Positions 59,076-64,000 of a stretch of DNA of 64,000 nt are shown here, one piece after another. The notes beneath the pieces were generated by a model. That model had not been told where the DNA came from and ran no database searches. It was given only the letters and a program-made list of their open reading frames with translations. Source of the stretch: Thainema sp. (GTDB taxonomy: Bacteria; Cyanobacteriota; Cyanobacteriia; Phormidesmidales; Phormidesmidaceae); the NCBI GenBank assembly GCA_052168235.1, contig JBQLZK010000028.1:1-64000 (forward strand), given 5' to 3'. A program made the position numbers and the translations under genes. Within the stretch, counting starts at the first letter, position 1, and every line of letters starts with the position of its first letter.

Positions 59076-59339
59076 ATGTGTCTTTCAGTACCCGGAAAGC
59101 TTGTTAGTATTACTGATCAAATCAGCAGTCAAAATCAGGACTCTGACGACTCATCGCTGTGGCGCATGGGCAAGGTTAGCTTTAGCGGTGTGCTGCGAGA
59201 GGTCAGTCTGGCCTACGTTCCAGAGGCTAAGGTGGGGGACTATGTGCTGGTGCATGTTGGCTTTGCCCTCAGCGTCATTGATGAAACAGAAGCTGCCGAA
59301 ACATTAAGTTACTTGGATCAGCTCAATCCGACTAATTAA
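59076..59339 (+). CDS. hypC: Hydrogenase assembly chaperone
   Basis: MCLSVPG, VGDYVLVHVGFA. Confidence 0.95.
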   Translation: MCLSVPGKLVSITDQISSQNQDSDDSSLWRMGKVSFSGVLREVSLAYVPEAKVGDYVLVHVGFALSVIDETEAAETLSYLDQLNPTN

Positions 59340-59864
59340 TCAGAACTATAGTGGAAGTATGGCTGAGTTGGTTGATCTTTTTATTGATACGAGGTTAGTT
59401 GAAGTATTAAGGGTCAATTAACTGTTTGCTGTTGTCGTTATTGATTTTTGCCAGGATTTTTGCCAGCTTCTGTCAATCATTTCTTAATTATTATTCTTGG
59501 CAGATGAGCCATTTAATGTATTGGATGGAACGATATAAAGCCCAATCCCGATCTAAGATTTTGTTGCAAGAAGACTGAATCAAGGAAAAATTTCAGACTC
59601 AATCCTGACTTGATCAAGACTGATTCAGTGTATTCACTAGCCCGATTTACTGGCCCGATTCATAGCCGACTTATAGATTGATAGTTTCGCAGGTCATTCA
59701 AAGATTTTTCGCAATTTATTTGTCGCTTGCACCACTGCGATATGGCAGAGTTTGCCAAAGAGTTTACCAACTCGTTTGCAGCGACAACCACCAGATGTAG
59801 CCGGGTGAGTCTAACTCATCCTGTGCATCCATTCATCGTCAAGCTTTCTCGCGAGGAAAGAGCC

Positions 59865-62800
59865 ATGCTATCTCAAACCTTTGCCACGCTGGATGGGAAC
59901 GAAGCCGTTGCCCGCGTTGCCTATCGCCTCAGTGAAGTCATCGCCATCTACCCGATCACCCCCGCTTCACCCATGGGCGAATGGGCCGATGCTTGGGCAT
60001 CCGCAGACCAACCCAACCTATGGGGATCGACTCCATCAGTGGTTGAGATGCAGAGCGAAGCGGGTGCAGCCGGAGCCGTTCACGGGGCACTTCAGGCGGG
60101 CACGCTGACCACGACGTTTACCGCTTCCCAGGGGTTGCTGTTGATGATCCCCAACCTCTACAAAATTGCGGGAGAGTTAACCCCAGCCGTGATTCACATC
60201 GCCGCTCGTTCCCTGGCCGCGCAGGGATTGTCCATCTTTGGCGACCACAGTGACGTAATGGCCGTGCGGTCTACGGGCTGTGCGCTGCTCTGCTCTGCGT
60301 CGGTGCAAGAAGCTCAGGATTTAGCTGCGATCGCAACTCGGGCCACGCTGGAATCGCGCATTCCCTTCCTGCATTTCTTTGATGGTTTCCGCACCTCCCA
60401 CGAAATTCAGAAGGTGTCGCTGCTGCCGGATGAGATCCTGCGGGAGTTCATTTCGGATGGCTATGTGCTAGCGCATCGGGCACGGGCGCTCACGCCGGAT
60501 CGCCCCGTGATTCGCGGCACGGCTCAGAACCCGGATGTTTACTTCCAGGCGCGGGAAAGCGTCAACACCTACTACAACGCTGCCAGCGAAATCGTGCAGC
60601 AGGCAATGGATGACTTTGCCAAGCTGACCGGACGGCAGTATCGTCTGTACGACTATCACGGTGCGCCCGATGCCGAGCGAGTGGTAGTGCTGATGGGTTC
60701 CGGCTGCGAAACGGCCCATGAAGCGGTGGATGCGCTGGTGGCTCAGGGTGAGAAAGTGGGCGTTCTGAAAGTGCGGCTCTATCGTCCATTTGATTTGCAA
60801 AGCTTTGTCGATGCCCTACCCAGCACTGTGAAGGCTTTGGCCGTCTTGGATCGCACCAAGGAACCGGGCAGCACGGGCGAACCGCTCTATTTGGATGTGG
60901 TGGGAGCGTTAGCTGAAGCGCAGCGGTCAGCGGTGAAAGTCGTGGGCGGTCGCTATGGCTTGTCCTCCAAGGAATTCACGCCTGCAATGGTCAAGGCTGT
61001 CTTTGATAATTTGGCGGCTGACACTCCCAAGAATCACTTCACGCTCGGCATCAACGACGATGTTACCCACACCTCGCTTGCCGTTGATCCCAGCTTCTCG
61101 ACAGAGTCAGATCAAGTGGTGCGGGCCATCTTCTACGGCCTCGGTTCGGACGGTACCGTTGGAGCCAACAAGAACTCAATCAAGATCATCGGTGAAGAAA
61201 CCGATAACTACGCCCAGGGCTACTTCGTCTATGACTCGAAGAAGTCCGGCTCCGTGACCGTGTCGCACCTGCGCTTTGGCCCAGAGCTGATTCGCTCCAC
61301 CTACCTGGTGTCTAGCGCCAACTTTGTCGCCTGTCACCAGTGGCAGTTCCTGGAAAAATTTGACCTGCTCTCAGCAGCGAATCCCCAGGGCACATTCCTG
61401 CTTAACAGTCCCTACAGCCCGGAAGAAACCTGGCAGCGACTGCCAGAGTTCCAGCGAGAAGCGATTATCCGCAAACAGCTCCGCGTCTACGTGATCAACG
61501 CCTCCCAAGTGGCCAAAGACGCAGGCATGGGTCAGCGAATCAACACCGTCATGCAGGTGTGCTTTTTTGCGATCGCAGGTGTCCTCCCTAGAGACGAAGC
61601 GATTGCTCAAATTAAGCAGTCCATCCGCAAGACCTACGGCAAGAAGGGCGAAGCGGTGGTGCAGATGAACCTGAATGCCGTCGATCAAACCCTGGATAAC
61701 CTGTACGAAGTCGATTACCAGAGCTACGCAGCGATTCCCGCTGCCGACGGTGCGGCTCCCGGGTCCTGGGTGCCCGACACTGCACCCGCCTTTGTGCGAG
61801 ACGTGCTCGGTAAGATGATGGCGCGTCAGGGCGACGAGATTCCGGTCAGCGCCCTGCCCGTAGATGGCACCTATCCCTGCGGTACGGCCAAGTGGGAAAA
61901 ACGCAATATCGCCGATGAAATTCCGGTTTGGGACCCTGATGTCTGCGTCCAGTGCGGCAAGTGTGTCATGGTTTGTCCCCACGCGGTCATTCGGGCCAAA
62001 GTCTATGAACCCGCTGCGCTAGACGGCGCACCCGCCACGTTCAAGAGCACCGATGCCCGCGATCGCGATTGGTCAGGCGAGAAATTCACCATTCAAGTCG
62101 CTGCCGAAGACTGTACGGGCTGCACCCTCTGCGTCGATGTTTGCCCCGCTAAGAACAAGGCGGAACCGCGCAAGAAAGCGCTAAATATGGAGCCGCAGCT
62201 ACCCTTGCGAGAGCAAGAGCGGGAAAACTGGGATTTCTTCCTGAATCTCCCCAATCCTGACCGTCAAGACTTGAATCTGCATAAAATTGCTCACCAGCAA
62301 ATGCAGGAGCCGCTGTTTGAATTCTCTGGTGCCTGTGCGGGCTGTGGCGAAACGCCGTACATCAAACTGGCGACCCAGCTCTTTGGCGATCGCATGTTGG
62401 TGGCCAATGCCACGGGCTGCTCCTCTATCTACGGCGGCAACCTGCCCACCACGCCCTGGAGCTACAACGCCGAAGGACGGGGGCCAGCCTGGTCGAACTC
62501 CCTGTTTGAAGATAATGCCGAGTTTGGCATGGGCTTCCGCGTTGCGGTAGACAAGCAGACGGAATATGCCCGCGAGCTAGTGCAGCAGCTTGCCCTGACC
62601 GATACTGGCCCGATTCCCCGCGATTTGGCAACGGCCATCCTGGCTACCAACCAAACGGACGAAGCCGAAATCTTTGAACAGCGGCAGCGGGTCGCCACGC
62701 TGAAGCAACAGATTGAACAAGCACTGGCCGCTACCACCGATGCCAGTCAGCGCCAGAAACTGATGGCTCTGAAAGCGGTGGCCGACTACCTGGTCAAGAA

Positions 62801-63542
62801 GAGCGTTTGGCTGATTGGCGGTGACGGCTGGGCCTATGACATCGGCTACGGTGGCCTTGATCATGCCTTGGCCAGCGGACGCAATATCAATGTCCTGGTG
62901 CTTGATACGGAGGTGTACTCGAATACAGGCGGACAGATGTCCAAGTCCACCCCACGGGGAGCAGTGGCCAAATTTGCGGCGGGCGGCAAACCTGCGCCCA
63001 AGAAGGATCTGGGCCTGATGGCGATGACCTACGGCAACGTCTACGTGGCCAGCGTGGCGATGGGTGCTCGCGATGAGCATACCCTGCGCGCCTTTATGGA
63101 AGCCGAAGCTTATGAGGGGCCATCCCTGATCATTGCCTACTCGCACTGTATCGCCCACGGTATTAACCTGGCGGACGGTCTGAAGCAGCAAAAAGCAATG
63201 GTGGATTCCGGTCGCTGGCTGCTCTACCGCTACGACCCCCGCCGCACAGAGCAGGGCGAAAATCCATTGGTGATTGACTCCCGTTCGCCCAAGCTGCCTG
63301 TTCAGCAAGCAATGTACAGCGAAAACCGCTTCAAGCTGCTGACCCGCACCAAGCCGGAAGCCGCCAAGCAACTGGCCGAACTGGCCCAGTCCGACGTAGA
63401 CACTCGCTGGCAACTGTATCAGTCCCTGGCGGCTCGGCACATGCAAACCAATGGTCACGATGCCGGACAGGAATCGGGTAACGGTCACAAACCCGCCCCA
63501 GATTCGTCCTCATCCGCACCGCCAACGGGTTCAACCGTTTAG
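59865..63542 (+). CDS. nifJ: Pyruvate:ferredoxin/flavodoxin oxidoreductase
   Basis: YPITP, GSDGTVG, two 4Fe-4S motifs, GACAGCGE, GGDGWAYDIG. Confidence 0.96.
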   Translation: MLSQTFATLDGNEAVARVAYRLSEVIAIYPITPASPMGEWADAWASADQPNLWGSTPSVVEMQSEAGAAGAVHGALQAGTLTTTFTASQGLLLMIPNLYKIAGELTPAVIHIAARSLAAQGLSIFGDHSDVMAVRSTGCALLCSASVQEAQDLAAIATRATLESRIPFLHFFDGFRTSHEIQKVSLLPDEILREFISDGYVLAHRARALTPDRPVIRGTAQNPDVYFQARESVNTYYNAASEIVQQAMDDFAKLTGRQYRLYDYHGAPDAERVVVLMGSGCETAHEAVDALVAQGEKVGVLKVRLYRPFDLQSFVDALPSTVKALAVLDRTKEPGSTGEPLYLDVVGALAEAQRSAVKVVGGRYGLSSKEFTPAMVKAVFDNLAADTPKNHFTLGINDDVTHTSLAVDPSFSTESDQVVRAIFYGLGSDGTVGANKNSIKIIGEETDNYAQGYFVYDSKKSGSVTVSHLRFGPELIRSTYLVSSANFVACHQWQFLEKFDLLSAANPQGTFLLNSPYSPEETWQRLPEFQREAIIRKQLRVYVINASQVAKDAGMGQRINTVMQVCFFAIAGVLPRDEAIAQIKQSIRKTYGKKGEAVVQMNLNAVDQTLDNLYEVDYQSYAAIPAADGAAPGSWVPDTAPAFVRDVLGKMMARQGDEIPVSALPVDGTYPCGTAKWEKRNIADEIPVWDPDVCVQCGKCVMVCPHAVIRAKVYEPAALDGAPATFKSTDARDRDWSGEKFTIQVAAEDCTGCTLCVDVCPAKNKAEPRKKALNMEPQLPLREQERENWDFFLNLPNPDRQDLNLHKIAHQQMQEPLFEFSGACAGCGETPYIKLATQLFGDRMLVANATGCSSIYGGNLPTTPWSYNAEGRGPAWSNSLFEDNAEFGMGFRVAVDKQTEYARELVQQLALTDTGPIPRDLATAILATNQTDEAEIFEQRQRVATLKQQIEQALAATTDASQRQKLMALKAVADYLVKKSVWLIGGDGWAYDIGYGGLDHALASGRNINVLVLDTEVYSNTGGQMSKSTPRGAVAKFAAGGKPAPKKDLGLMAMTYGNVYVASVAMGARDEHTLRAFMEAEAYEGPSLIIAYSHCIAHGINLADGLKQQKAMVDSGRWLLYRYDPRRTEQGENPLVIDSRSPKLPVQQAMYSENRFKLLTRTKPEAAKQLAELAQSDVDTRWQLYQSLAARHMQTNGHDAGQESGNGHKPAPDSSSSAPPTGSTV

Positions 63543-63641
63543 TCCTCGCGTCCCGGTGCGATCGCAGGTGGATAAATATGCGATCGCACCTTTCCCTTCA
63601 TTGATTCGCTCGCTATTTATCAATTGGTCAGGAGAAACCAC

Positions 63642-64000
63642 ATGGATTTAACGACTACCTATCTGGGATTAAACTTGCGATCGCCCCTGGTTGTGGGTGC
63701 AGCGGCTATCCTCTCCGAAGACCTGGATAATCTGAAGCGGATGGAAGACGCTGGCGCAGCGGCGGTTGTGCTGCATTCTCTGTTTGAAGAGCAAATTGAG
63801 CAAGACATGTTCGATCTGCATCACCACATGCAGCAGGGCACCGACAGCTTTGCCGAAGCCCTCACCTACTTCCCCGAACCCGACGTGTTTCACGTTGGCC
63901 CGTCGCTGTATCTGGAGCATATCCGCCGTGCCAAAGAAATGGTGCAGATGCCGATTATCGCCAGCCTCAATGGCACCAGCATGGGCGGCTGGACAGACTA
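63642..64000 (+). CDS. Dihydroorotate dehydrogenase-like protein (partial, runs off the window)
   Basis: [43 protein letters not shown]; usual partner of cyanobacterial nifJ; not in the ORF track. Confidence 0.88.
   Translation, partial: MDLTTTYLGLNLRSPLVVGAAAILSEDLDNLKRMEDAGAAAVVLHSLFEEQIEQDMFDLHHHMQQGTDSFAEALTYFPEPDVFHVGPSLYLEHIRRAKEMVQMPIIASLNGTSMGGWTD

Noticed and set aside
42449..63488. Many long antisense ORFs opposite hoxF, adhE, the phosphatase and nifJ
   Set aside because: Shadow frames of GC-rich coding genes, without motifs or RBS

Overview
Chromosomal window from a cyanobacterium. The HIP1 octamer GCGATCGC is very frequent, often as TGCGATCGCA, and the gene content looks like a filamentous Leptolyngbya-type organism (inference). 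Left part: dnaN with a DnaA-box/DnaA-trio cluster (probable oriC, no adjacent dnaA), a CAU tRNA, pyrE, miaB and acpP-fabF-tkt. Middle (about 20-33 kb): an accessory region with toxin-antitoxin cassettes separated by a 44-bp HIP1-bounded junction repeat, an AurF/CylC-like diiron enzyme, a PIN toxin interrupted by a MITE, a deleted xisH, a 21/63-bp repeat tract and an AT-rich HNH-like two-gene operon. Then clpP, blaI/M56, NDH-2, a kinase-TPR gene and a GH9 gene. Right 22 kb: a co-oriented fermentation/hydrogen island, hoxE-hoxF-adhE-MDR-hoxU-hoxY-CP12-hoxH-[ferredoxin-PAS-SpoIIE]-hoxW-hypA-hypB-hypF-hypC-nifJ-DHOD-like. The most striking item is the three-gene insert between hoxH and hoxW. It resembles the clostridial hfsA/hfsB/hfsC module that accompanies sensory [FeFe]-hydrogenases, but it lacks the [FeFe] H-cluster domain and sits inside a [NiFe] Hox operon. 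Family assignments come from recognised motifs; no database searches were run.
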